62,412 nucleotides of DNA, filler included, from Deltaproteobacteria bacterium (GCA_030698575.1; 8 parts of 8 records of this genome joined end to end with filler, not necessarily neighbours in it); one strand, 5' to 3'; positions 32,909-43,674 are shown, counted from the first letter of the whole stretch. Notes: generated by a model from the sequence alone, not told the origin. Translations and numbers: made by a program.

Positions 32909-33844
32909 GTGGGGTTTCTGGATCAAATCGCGAAGCAGTTCCGGGGCGAATACGCCTACACGCCGGAGCTCGTGCTGAAGGAGATGCGGGAGAAGGGGAT
33001 CAAGATCCGCGTCCGGGGGCTCACAAAGAGCTTTGGCGGGCTGACCGTGCTGAAGGATCTCGATCTGGATGTCTACGATGGCGAGACCCTTTGCATGCTC
33101 GGCGAGAGCGCATCGGGCAAGACCGTTTTCCTGAAGAGCTTGGCGGGGATCGAGCACCCCGATTCAGGCGAGATATACATCGATGAGCATGATGTCATGA
33201 ACGCGCCGCCCCGGCAGCTATACGAGATGCGGCTCGGCCTTTCCATGCAGTTCCAGCAGGGAGCGCTCTTCGAGAGCGTCTCGGCGCTCGAAAACGTTCA
33301 GTGGCCCCTGGTGATGCACGCGACGGTCTCCCCGCAGGAGGCCGAAGATCGCGCGGCGAAGGACCTGGTTTCGGTCGGGCTCACGCCGGACATGCACTGG
33401 AAGCTTCCCTCCCTACTTTCAGGCGGGATGCAGAAGCGAGTGGCGCTCTGCCGGGCGATTGTCGAGCGAAAGGCGCTCATCTTGTTCGATGAACCGAACG
33501 CCGGACTGGACCCCATCAAGTGCGCGGCCATCGACAACCTGCTTCTGCGTATCAAGAAGCAGTTCAAGGCGACTCTCATCATGAATACATCCGAACTCTT
33601 CACTGCTTATAACCTCTCGGATCGGATCGGCATCATCTACCGGGGAAAGATCGTGGAGATCGGGGAACCCGGATCGATCAAGAGCAGCAAGCACCCCTAT
33701 GTCGACGAGTTCACGCGCAAGTCCAAGGAATTCCTCCCCCAGATCCTGGCCTATCAAGAGGAGCTGGCCAGCTGGGAGGGTGAAAAGGTCGATGACGGCC
33801 GGCGCGATTCGGAGCATCTGGGGAAGACGACAGGCGGCTTCTGA
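32909..33844 (+). CDS. mlaF: MlaF-family ABC ATPase, copy 2 (H-loop His lost)
   Basis: GESASGKT, FQQGALF, LSGGMQKR, LFDEPNAGLDP, NTSE in place of SHD. Confidence 0.88.
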   Translation: MGFLDQIAKQFRGEYAYTPELVLKEMREKGIKIRVRGLTKSFGGLTVLKDLDLDVYDGETLCMLGESASGKTVFLKSLAGIEHPDSGEIYIDEHDVMNAPPRQLYEMRLGLSMQFQQGALFESVSALENVQWPLVMHATVSPQEAEDRAAKDLVSVGLTPDMHWKLPSLLSGGMQKRVALCRAIVERKALILFDEPNAGLDPIKCAAIDNLLLRIKKQFKATLIMNTSELFTAYNLSDRIGIIYRGKIVEIGEPGSIKSSKHPYVDEFTRKSKEFLPQILAYQEELASWEGEKVDDGRRDSEHLGKTTGGF

Positions 33845-33857
33845 AAGGAGCTATTCG

Positions 33858-34763
33858 ATGGCGGCGACCAGCAGGGTTTACAGAACCGAGCTCGTACTCG
33901 GGATCTTCCTCATCATCTCCCTGGCCATTCTCGCTTACCTGGCCATGCAGACGGGCGCGTTCATCGTCGAGGACAGGGTGAAGCTCGACGTTGTCTTCGA
34001 CGATGCCTCGGGAATCGTCACCGACTCGGCCGTCATGATCGCCGGCGTCCAGATCGGTCGAGTCGCGGGTCTCGACGTGGACCACAACCAGGCCATCGTG
34101 CACACGGAAGTGAACCGCTCGGCGAACGTCCGTGAGGACGTGGAGGCCCTCATCCGGGCGCGATCGCTCCTGGGAGAAAAGTACATCGAGCTCAAGCCGC
34201 AGTCCCGGGATGCGAAGATGGCGCCGGCCGACTTCAAGGTCCCCTCGAGCCATACGGGGTTCTCCACGGAGATCGATCAGCTGACAACGAAAATCGAGCC
34301 GTTGATCGACAAGGCGCTGGTCATCCTGAACAAGATCGACCCCGAGGATCCCGCAAAGGACAACCTCGTCAACAATCTGAACAGCCTCGCCGCCACCCTC
34401 TCCCAGGGACTGGACGGTAAGGGTCCGGCGCTCGGCAGCTTCATCGAGAACACCTCGAGCCTTACCGAACGGTTAGACGGGATCCTGGCGCGGAACGACA
34501 CGCGCATTGACCGCGTGCTCATCAATCTCGATTCTCTGCTCGCGGACGCAAACAACCAGAAAATCATCCTGGCGCTCAACGACCTGACCTCCACCCTGAA
34601 CCCCGTGATGGAGGATATCCAGCGCCGGAAGGTGATTCCGAAGCTCAGCGGGGTCCTGACACGCCTGGACGTCATCGCAGCCCGGGCGGAGCTGATCGAC
34701 GAAATGGCCATCCGCAAGTTCCTGCAGACTGAGGGAATCAAGGTGCACATTCGGGCCTACTAG
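33858..34763 (+). CDS. mlaD: MlaD/MCE-domain protein, copy 1
   Basis: N-terminal TM, FDDASGI, VMIAGVQIGRV, SLLGEKYIEL, helical C-terminal region. Confidence 0.9.
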   Translation: MAATSRVYRTELVLGIFLIISLAILAYLAMQTGAFIVEDRVKLDVVFDDASGIVTDSAVMIAGVQIGRVAGLDVDHNQAIVHTEVNRSANVREDVEALIRARSLLGEKYIELKPQSRDAKMAPADFKVPSSHTGFSTEIDQLTTKIEPLIDKALVILNKIDPEDPAKDNLVNNLNSLAATLSQGLDGKGPALGSFIENTSSLTERLDGILARNDTRIDRVLINLDSLLADANNQKIILALNDLTSTLNPVMEDIQRRKVIPKLSGVLTRLDVIAARAELIDEMAIRKFLQTEGIKVHIRAY

Positions 34764-34796
34764 CGGGAGCCCTATCAAAAAAACCGCTGCGGTGGG

Positions 34797-34802
34797 TATA
34801 AT
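34797..34802 (+). promoter_or_regulatory. Possible internal sigma70 -10 element upstream of the second mlaD
   Basis: Perfect TATAAT in an intergenic gap with an upstream A-tract; weak -35. Confidence 0.35.
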
Positions 34803-34862
34803 AGCCGCGCCCTGGAGAGTGGATGGAATTCACCTTCACGGCTGGCCGGACAGGGGGATGGG

Positions 34863-35771
34863 TTGGCAAGACCCAGGGACCAGATATGGAATCGCATGGC
34901 CGGGCTCGGGGCGATCATCGCCTTTTTGGCCTTCGCCTATATTGCCGTCACGAGCGGCTCCAAGGCCATGAAGGACGAGAAGAACGTCACCCTCTATGTG
35001 AGTGACGCGCTGGGCCTGGTCGAGAACTCGTCGGTCATGATCGCCGGTGTGGAGATCGGGAGGGTGACGACTCTCGCGGTCGCCCATGACAAGGCCAAGA
35101 TCATTATCGCCCTGGATCCCACCGAGCAGATCCCCAGACGGGTGCGCGGCGTCGTACGCGCCCGCTCGCTCCTCGGCGAGAAATTTCTCGAACTCATCCC
35201 GATGGATGCTGTGCCGGGCGGGGAGATCATGACCGGAGGCGAGGAGATCGGCGAGGAGGACACGTCAAAGACCCTCGAACTGGATCAATTTGCCACCGAC
35301 TTCGATCCCCTCATCGACCGCCTCGGGCGGTTTCTCGACAGCATCAACCCGCCCGATCCCGCCAAGCCGAACCTCATTGAGACGCTCGCTGACGCCACGG
35401 GTTCCCTGGCGGAGGGCCTCGATGGCAAGGAAGAGGCCATCGGCGATCTGGTGGTCAATCTGAACGACGCGGTAGTGCGCGCCGACGGCATCGTTGCCCG
35501 AAACAGCGAGCGGGGAGGGCGGGTCTTCGAGAACCTCGATGCCGTCCTTCTGGACGGCAAGCGAACCCAGATTGTACCTCGACTTTCAGAAGCGGCCTCC
35601 AGCCTGACCACCGTGGCCAGGGAGGTCGATAAAGACCAGACAGTGGCAAAACTCGACAAGGTGTTGGTCCGGTTGGACCCGATTCTGGCCCGGGCAGAGA
35701 TGCTCGACGAAACAGCGCTCCGGAAGTTCCTCCAGGTGGAGGGCATCAAGGGGCACATAAGAGCCTGGTAA
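34863..35771 (+). CDS. mlaD: MlaD/MCE-domain protein, copy 2
   Basis: N-terminal TM, VMIAGVEIGRV, SLLGEKFLEL; clear paralog of copy 1. Confidence 0.9.
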   Translation: MARPRDQIWNRMAGLGAIIAFLAFAYIAVTSGSKAMKDEKNVTLYVSDALGLVENSSVMIAGVEIGRVTTLAVAHDKAKIIIALDPTEQIPRRVRGVVRARSLLGEKFLELIPMDAVPGGEIMTGGEEIGEEDTSKTLELDQFATDFDPLIDRLGRFLDSINPPDPAKPNLIETLADATGSLAEGLDGKEEAIGDLVVNLNDAVVRADGIVARNSERGGRVFENLDAVLLDGKRTQIVPRLSEAASSLTTVAREVDKDQTVAKLDKVLVRLDPILARAEMLDETALRKFLQVEGIKGHIRAW

Positions 35772-35865
35772 GTTCAGCTTTCCCGGGGGATGAGCGCCCC
35801 GAGGCACAGCCTAGGTTGTGCCCGCCAACGCGGCGCTCTCGACCCCGGAGAGAAGGAGGAAGAAG

Positions 35866-37413
35866 ATGAGTGGGAAGGTGAGCAAGTTCCTGTTCGCGTT
35901 CCTGGTGGCGGGGCTCGTACTCGTGCCCGTCGCGCGGAACTTCGCGCAGGACATGCCGGAAGAGTCAGCGGTGGATCCCACCGTGGAAGCACCTACGCAG
36001 ATAGATTCAGAGACGACGGCTGCGGAGGTCGAGGAAGTCCAGCAGATTGAGGCAGAGTCCGTGGTGAAGGCGAAGGGCGGCATCGGACCCGAGAGCGGCC
36101 TGGGCGTCTTCAGCCGCCATGCGGACCCCGTGGTCCTCAAGGGCGAGCAGATCCCGAAATTCGCCGGTGCGACCGAGGACACCATCCGCGTCTTTGCCAA
36201 CAAGGACGGAAGCGGCCTGAAGCCTATTCCTTACCAGATGGACGAGCGCAATCAGTGGGGCGAATTCGTCGTGATCAAGGGCAAGCGCGTCGTGGCGGAT
36301 GAGGACGAGGGTGCCTTCGACGAGAACGACGAGGTCGTCTTCCTGACGCGAGACCTGGGCTCGAAGGCGGCCAAGGACAGCTGGCCGTCGGGTTTCAAGG
36401 AGGCCTACGAGGTCGAGGTCACCGATCCGCTGACCTCGGTCAAGGGCTACGCCTACGTGCTGAGCTACGCGAGCGCCAGCGCGGCGCCGGCCCCTTCGAC
36501 GGATGACTACATCAGCTACGAGGAGAAGGGCCAGGGCGTGACCCACGCAATGAGCTACGAGCTGGGCTTCGTGAAGCCCGCCTCGGGTCTCGACTATGAT
36601 CTTCTCACCGTCATGCCGGCAGCCGGGGGCAGCGGCAAGGACTGGTTCGACCGCCTCAAGGTGCGCGTGTTGCAGAACCTCAAGCGGTTCATGACGCTGG
36701 GAATCCCGACCCGTCTCGACCGGACCGAGAAGAACTTCCTGGTCAAGGTCTACGGTTACAAGGACGGCCCCGTGCGCGTGCTCCGGGTGATGAAGGTCAA
36801 CCTTCAGCTCATCTGGAAGCTTCCCGCTCCGGGCGCCACGGTCAACTCGGTCTTCTATCCTGAGTGGATCGAGTGGCCGGTGCCGGTCAACCTGCCCTTC
36901 AAGCCCAGCTGGGCCTTCTACAACGTCGAGCTGGACGTCTCCCACGACTACGACTTCGGCGTGAACGATGGCGTGAAGGTGTACAACTCGAAGGACCAGA
37001 GGTGGGATGTCGTCGACGGCAAGATGACGCCCGAGGAGACGGCGGTCAACAAGGCTGACGTGCGGGGAAGCTACTACGGCTTCGACGCCACTGCGGCCGG
37101 CCACGGCGCGGGCTTCTACACGGTGAGGCCCCCGAAGAGCTTCTCGGCGTCCCTCATTGGGCTCTACAACGACTCGACAGAGGTCGGGGTCGAGCCCGAG
37201 TACTACGAGGGGGACGGCAACAAGAAGGACAGGGAGGAAAATATCGCGGGCGCGCTCCCCCTCGCCGGCGGCCGCTTCGTGAACTGGGACGACGTGGGGA
37301 AGGGCATCCACACGATCTTCTGGTACCACTTCTACCCGCCGTTCTATACCCTCGGGAAGGAGAAGGCCTTCCTGGACATCATCGATCATCCCATCTCCGT
37401 GACGGTCAACTGA
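35866..37413 (+). CDS. Exported protein of unknown function, paralog A (MCE-operon associated)
   Basis: ATG after AAGGAGG; signal peptide ending NFA-Q; strong GC3 bias; no recognisable family. Confidence 0.85.
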   Translation: MSGKVSKFLFAFLVAGLVLVPVARNFAQDMPEESAVDPTVEAPTQIDSETTAAEVEEVQQIEAESVVKAKGGIGPESGLGVFSRHADPVVLKGEQIPKFAGATEDTIRVFANKDGSGLKPIPYQMDERNQWGEFVVIKGKRVVADEDEGAFDENDEVVFLTRDLGSKAAKDSWPSGFKEAYEVEVTDPLTSVKGYAYVLSYASASAAPAPSTDDYISYEEKGQGVTHAMSYELGFVKPASGLDYDLLTVMPAAGGSGKDWFDRLKVRVLQNLKRFMTLGIPTRLDRTEKNFLVKVYGYKDGPVRVLRVMKVNLQLIWKLPAPGATVNSVFYPEWIEWPVPVNLPFKPSWAFYNVELDVSHDYDFGVNDGVKVYNSKDQRWDVVDGKMTPEETAVNKADVRGSYYGFDATAAGHGAGFYTVRPPKSFSASLIGLYNDSTEVGVEPEYYEGDGNKKDREENIAGALPLAGGRFVNWDDVGKGIHTIFWYHFYPPFYTLGKEKAFLDIIDHPISVTVN

Positions 37414-37448
37414 CCGGTTCGGTGAATATGGGTATCGTCTAGAACGCC

Positions 37449-37513
37449 ACCGGGGGCGGCGCTGAACCAGAGCCGCCCCCGGTTTCTCGACGGGGGCGCG
37501 GGGTTCCGCGCCC
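37449..37513 (+). terminator. Intergenic double hairpin (terminator, attenuator or stabiliser)
   Basis: ACCGGGGGCGGC/GCCGCCCCCGGT 12-bp stem then TTCTC; second stem GGGCGCGG/CCGCGCCC. Confidence 0.5.
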
Positions 37514-37527
37514 ACAGGAGTTCACTC

Positions 37528-38997
37528 ATGGCACGGTTCTCACTCAGGCTCTTCCTCCCGCTACTCGTTCTCGGGCTCACGCTCATTCCCGTGGCGCGCA
37601 ATCACGCCCAGGACGCCCTACCACCCGCTGATGTGCCCGATGCGGTCGCCGTGGCTGTGGCCGACGAGGCGCCTTCCACCACGGCCGCAGCGTTTTTTTC
37701 ACGACAGGCCGATCCGGTGGTCATCAAGGGCGAGCAGCTGCCCGCTTTCCTCGGCTCCACCGAGGACAAGATGCGCGTGTTCGCGAAGCGCGACGGCAAG
37801 CTCCGGCCCATTCCCTACCAGATGGACGAGCGGAACCAGTGGGGGGAGTTTGTGCTCCACCACGGCAAGCGCGTTGTTCCCGATGAGGACTCAGGCGAGT
37901 ACGACGAGAACGACGAACTCGTGTTCATAACCCGTGATCTCGGCGCCAAGGCGCCCAAGAGCGAGTGGCCGACGGGGACGAAGGAGGCTTTCGAGGTCGA
38001 GGTGACCGACCCACTGACGTCCGACAAGGCCTACGCCTACGTAATGCTGTACGAGACGGCTTCCGCGGCTCCGGCGCCGTCCACGGTGGACTACGTGACG
38101 TACGAGCAGAAGGGCGGAGGGTTGATCCGCGCGACGAACTACGAGATCGGTTGGCTCAAGTCGTCCTCGGGGCTCGATTACAACCACCTCGTCGTGACGA
38201 AGGAGGCCGGCGGCGACAATATCAATCACTTCGACAAGCTCAAGATCCGGGTGCTGCAGAACCTCCGTCGGTTCCTGACGCTGGGTCTCTCACCCCGGCT
38301 CGACCGGAGCGAGGAGAATTTCCTCGTCAAGGTCTACGGCTACCGCGACGGCCCGGTGCGCGTGCTCCGGGTCATGAAGGTCAACCTCCAGCTCGTCTGG
38401 AAACTTCCGGCGCCGGGTGCGACGGTGAACTACGTCTTCTACCCGGAATGGATGGAGATCCCGGTTCCCATCAACCTGCCCTTCAAGCCGACCTGGGCCT
38501 TCTACGACCTCGAGCTCGACACTTCGCACGACTACGACTTCGACCCGAAAGCCGGCGTGAAGGTCTACAGCTCGAAGACCGACCGCTGGGATGTGGTGGA
38601 CGGCAAGATGAGCCCCGAGGAAACGGCGGTGAACAAGGAGGAGGTGAAGGGAACCTACGCCGGCTATGACGGCTCCGCCGCCGGCGTGGGGTCTGCGTTC
38701 TTCACCATCCGGGCGCCCAAGAGCTTCCCCGTGAAGATCCTCGGACTCTACCTGGATGACCCGGAAGACGGGCTCGAACCCGAGTATTATGAGGGCGACG
38801 GCAACAAGAAGAATCGGACAGAGTGGATCAAGGGGTCCTCTTTCCTGGGTGGATACCGCTTCATCGACTGGGAGGGTGTCAGCAAGGGGATCCACACCGT
38901 CTACTACTACCAGTTCTATCCTCCCCACTATAAGCCGGGGGGTGAGAAAGCGTTCCTGAACATCATCGATCATCCGGTCGCGGTCAGCATCAACTAA
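37528..38997 (+). CDS. Exported protein of unknown function, paralog B
   Basis: AGGAG RBS; signal peptide ending NHA-Q; long blocks identical to paralog A. Confidence 0.85.
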   Translation: MARFSLRLFLPLLVLGLTLIPVARNHAQDALPPADVPDAVAVAVADEAPSTTAAAFFSRQADPVVIKGEQLPAFLGSTEDKMRVFAKRDGKLRPIPYQMDERNQWGEFVLHHGKRVVPDEDSGEYDENDELVFITRDLGAKAPKSEWPTGTKEAFEVEVTDPLTSDKAYAYVMLYETASAAPAPSTVDYVTYEQKGGGLIRATNYEIGWLKSSSGLDYNHLVVTKEAGGDNINHFDKLKIRVLQNLRRFLTLGLSPRLDRSEENFLVKVYGYRDGPVRVLRVMKVNLQLVWKLPAPGATVNYVFYPEWMEIPVPINLPFKPTWAFYDLELDTSHDYDFDPKAGVKVYSSKTDRWDVVDGKMSPEETAVNKEEVKGTYAGYDGSAAGVGSAFFTIRAPKSFPVKILGLYLDDPEDGLEPEYYEGDGNKKNRTEWIKGSSFLGGYRFIDWEGVSKGIHTVYYYQFYPPHYKPGGEKAFLNIIDHPVAVSIN

Positions 38998-39074
38998 TCG
39001 GCGGCGCCCCGCGCGCCAGCCTAGGCGAGCCCCGAGCCCGGGTCGCGGGCAGGGGGCGCAGAGGGGAGACCTAC

Positions 39075-39148
39075 ATGAAGCGGCCTGGCATCGTAACACT
39101 GAACGCGATCATCAACCTTTTCTTCGGGGTCGTGTTCACCTTCATCAA
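39075..39148 (+). CDS. N-terminus of a membrane protein, truncated by contig end
   Basis: GGGGAG RBS then MKRPGIVTLNAIINLFFGVVFTFI. Confidence 0.5.
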
Positions 39149-39248
39149 NNNNNNNNNNNNNNNNNNNNNNNNNNNNNNNNNNNNNNNNNNNNTTAATTAA
39201 TTAANNNNNNNNNNNNNNNNNNNNNNNNNNNNNNNNNNNNNNNNNNNN
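39149..39248. other. Artificial contig linker
   Basis: N-TTAATTAATTAA-N. Confidence 0.98.
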
Positions 39249-40504
<1,256 letters not shown>

Positions 40505-40547
40505 TCAGGGGTCCCTTCAAGCGCGGCCGCGGCGCGCCCGCGGGCAA

Positions 40548-41624
40548 TCAGCGCGGGCTCATCAGGAGCGCGTAACGATCTCCCTGCGCTTCGTAGAACA
40601 GGGGCGAGCCGGCATCCCGCTGGCTCACGAGCCCCGCCTCGGCGAGCGCCTTCAGGTGATCGGGATAGGCGCCGTTCTCGACCCGGTAGAGTTCGAGAGC
40701 CGCCCGGAGGCGCGCCCGCGCGTTGTGCGCGAAGACGTACCGGGCATCAGGGCCCCGCAGGGCCGGCACCCGATCCTCACCCGCCCTGCCCGACAGGCTG
40801 CCAGCGAAAGTACCCACAAGCAGCCCGCACAGGATAACGGCGGCGGCGCAAGCCGCCACCGCGGTCGGGGGAACGCGCTCCCGCCAGTGCGCCGTGCGGG
40901 CGTCAGGAACGCGGGAAACGACTCTAATGTATCCGCGGGATACCAGGTTTGCAAGAATTCGGCAGGCCTCGAAATCCGAGAGCCGGGTCCGATCAATTAT
41001 GGCGCGCACACTCGAATTTCCATCGACCAGCGCGTAAACGCCCAGCTCGATATCCCCTTCGCCGAGCTCGCTGATATCGTCCATGGCGCCTTCGATCTGC
41101 ACGGGAACAGCCGAGAAAGTAGGCAGCTTCCGCTCGATGGACGCCCACTCGTCCTTCGCCCGGAGGCCGTCGAGAAGAAGCTCCTCGGCGGGCACGCCGG
41201 GAGTGAACTCCGAGTCGAAGCGCACCTTCCGCGGCGTGAATTCGTAGCGCCCATCGGACCAGAGAAAGAGATTGAGCAGTGTGTTGTGGATCTCGAGCCC
41301 GAGGAGGTGCGCGATATCTTCACGGCTGAGCGCGCCTCGCTGTGTGAGGAAATCAGCGATGTCGACCACCGATCCGGTTCGGGCCGCCTTCAGCTCCCGC
41401 AGATCGTCGGGGCTCAGGATCGACATGCGCTGCAGCCGATCGATCAGGCGATCGTCCTCACCGTGATTACCCTCGGCAGCGCCGACGATCCGGCCCCCGT
41501 CGAAGATTACGTGGACGGCAGCGCTATCGTGCGTGACGGAGAGCACGCCCGTCTTCTGCTGCTGGCCGATGAGCTGGAAGATCTCGGCGATGCTGAAATC
41601 ACCAAGTGTTCCCTTGAGCGCCAT
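40548..41624 (-). CDS. DUF4388 (PatA-N-like) protein with TM and C-terminal pseudopilin-like segment
   Basis: MALKGTLGDFSIAEIFQLIGQQQKTGVL, LFLWSDGRYEF, ALELYRVENGAYP. Confidence 0.8.
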   Translation of the reverse strand: MALKGTLGDFSIAEIFQLIGQQQKTGVLSVTHDSAAVHVIFDGGRIVGAAEGNHGEDDRLIDRLQRMSILSPDDLRELKAARTGSVVDIADFLTQRGALSREDIAHLLGLEIHNTLLNLFLWSDGRYEFTPRKVRFDSEFTPGVPAEELLLDGLRAKDEWASIERKLPTFSAVPVQIEGAMDDISELGEGDIELGVYALVDGNSSVRAIIDRTRLSDFEACRILANLVSRGYIRVVSRVPDARTAHWRERVPPTAVAACAAAVILCGLLVGTFAGSLSGRAGEDRVPALRGPDARYVFAHNARARLRAALELYRVENGAYPDHLKALAEAGLVSQRDAGSPLFYEAQGDRYALLMSPR

Positions 41625-41724
41625 TCGTTCTCCGTGTCTTTTTACTGATTTCTTACTGCTGTCTTGATGCTTTCTTACTGCCTTCCAGCTCTGTTCCACC
41701 TCTGCGCCGCACGATCCGCGGCGC

Positions 41725-43674
41725 TCAGATGGGCCGGACCTTCGCGAAGAGATCCCGCCCGCCCAGAACGAAGGCCGCGATAACACCCGCCACGGCCAGC
41801 AGGATCATCAGCCCGCCGAGAGCCGGTCCGACGGGCGGCGTCCAGAGCCCCCGGCTCGCGCCCGACAGGAAAAGCGCCAGCGGCGCGTAAGCCGAGAGGC
41901 AGGCCAGGAACAGGAACGCCGTTCCCAGCAGTGTCTGCTCCATGAGGATGTGGCCCAGGCCCGGCAGAAGCGAGCCGGCAATCAGCAGCCGCCGCCGCCG
42001 CGCAGCGCGATAGTGCATCACCTGCTGGTCCTGCCCGAGCCGCGCCCGCGCCTCGACCGGCTGCGCCTGGATGTAGATGACATGGCAGGGGGTGCAGACC
42101 CCCTCCTTGAGCTCGTTGCCGTAGCAGGGAGGGCAGATTTCCGCACCGCACTGGGCGCATCGGCCCGACCGTCCCCGGCCGTCCCGCCAGCGGGAGACCG
42201 CAACGGCCAGGAGGAAGCCGGCCAGAACCGCCGGTCCGGCTGCACCGAGCGGGATCACGCCGAGGTAGGGCGCGGCGAGGTTGCGAGCGAGCAGCGCGCT
42301 CCCCGCATCGGCGTTGAGCCGCTTGTCCCAGAGATCGCGGTAGCCCAGCATCGCGGGCACGACGAAGCTCCCCTCGGCCCCGGTCACCCGCGTGAATCGA
42401 TCCACCGCTTCCGCGTCGTTCAGCCGCGCGTCCCGGTAGGCCTGCTCCGCCTCGCGAAGGCGGAAATCCCGGCGGTAGAGATAAGAAAGGTTGAACAGCA
42501 GCCGGGCATCCTGGGGCGCATCGCTCAACGCCTCTTTCAGCAGCGCCTCGGCCTCGGTGGAATCGCCTTCCTCGAGAAGCAGGATCGCGAGATTGTTCAT
42601 CGCCGGCTGCCATCCGCGGCGCTTCTCCACGGCCTTGCGCATCGCCGCTATGCCTTCCTCGTGGGCGCCGGCAAGCCAGGCGGCCCGGCCGAGAGAAAAG
42701 TATGCGATCGGATCCTCAGTGGCGCGCGCATCTTCCGCAAGCGACGTGCGATCGGCCTCGAGGACGATTCCCGCCTGGACACGAAGCGTGGCCGCAAGCG
42801 AGCGCTGCGACTCGGGGGCGGGCAGCAGGGCGGCGACCGCGCCTGCGATAGGCTGGGCCGCGGCCACGAGCAAGAGGAACAGCGCCGCAACGGCCCGTTC
42901 CCGCCGCACCAGGCTTCCCCAGAGGGCGAACAGCCAGACCGCAGCCGTCCCCACCCATCCGAAACCGAGAAGCAGCGGAAAGCCGGCCAGCCCGATTCCA
43001 AGCGCGCTCCTGAAACCGACTGGAAGTTCCAGCGGGAGGAGATGCCCGAGGTCGTGGAGCAGAGCCGGCCCGTACTTGACCAGCATGGCGCCGCTGTAGG
43101 CGATGAAGGAGAAGATGAAGGCGAGTGCCAGCAGCACTGTGAGCCGGGAGAGCACGCCGGCCACATAAGCGAAGTCGCGCGTCAGAGCGGAGACCGCGGT
43201 CGCGTAGCGAACGATCGCGTCGATCGGCCCCGTCGACCAGGCCGCCCGGGCAGCCGCGAACTGCACCGTAGCGCTGTCGTAGCCCAGCCGGCTTGCCCAC
43301 TCGATGCGCTCATCCAGCGAGAGCGGGAGGCTTCCTTCCCGGGCACGCAGGAGCGCCAGCGCCGGGAGCTGCTGGGAGCGCACCCCGCGCGCGAGCCCCC
43401 CGGCTTCGATCGCCTCCAGGGCGCGCCGGGCTTCGACCCCGTCGCGTGCCGCAAGCAGGCGCTGCCAGCCCGCGGCTGACCAGTTCGGCTCGGCGGCTCG
43501 CTGATCGCTCCCGGCCGCATCGGGCGGCGTGTGAAGCACCTCGGCGGGCGTCAGCCCGGAGGCGAGAGCCGTGCCCGTCGGGCCGGGGAGCAGGGCCCAG
43601 ATCAGCGCCCAACCGGCCAGGTAGAGAAGGTGGTGCGGATGCTGACGCAAAGGGGTTCGAGCCTCGTCTGGCAA
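41725..43674 (-). CDS. TPR-containing polytopic membrane protein with a Cys cluster
   Basis: TM segments, TPR-like AMNNLAIL/LLFNLSYLY, CAQCG..ICPPC..CTPC; start uncertain. Confidence 0.75.
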   Translation of the reverse strand: MPDEARTPLRQHPHHLLYLAGWALIWALLPGPTGTALASGLTPAEVLHTPPDAAGSDQRAAEPNWSAAGWQRLLAARDGVEARRALEAIEAGGLARGVRSQQLPALALLRAREGSLPLSLDERIEWASRLGYDSATVQFAAARAAWSTGPIDAIVRYATAVSALTRDFAYVAGVLSRLTVLLALAFIFSFIAYSGAMLVKYGPALLHDLGHLLPLELPVGFRSALGIGLAGFPLLLGFGWVGTAAVWLFALWGSLVRRERAVAALFLLLVAAAQPIAGAVAALLPAPESQRSLAATLRVQAGIVLEADRTSLAEDARATEDPIAYFSLGRAAWLAGAHEEGIAAMRKAVEKRRGWQPAMNNLAILLLEEGDSTEAEALLKEALSDAPQDARLLFNLSYLYRRDFRLREAEQAYRDARLNDAEAVDRFTRVTGAEGSFVVPAMLGYRDLWDKRLNADAGSALLARNLAAPYLGVIPLGAAGPAVLAGFLLAVAVSRWRDGRGRSGRCAQCGAEICPPCYGNELKEGVCTPCHVIYIQAQPVEARARLGQDQQVMHYRAARRRRLLIAGSLLPGLGHILMEQTLLGTAFLFLACLSAYAPLALFLSGASRGLWTPPVGPALGGLMILLAVAGVIAAFVLGGRDLFAKVRPI

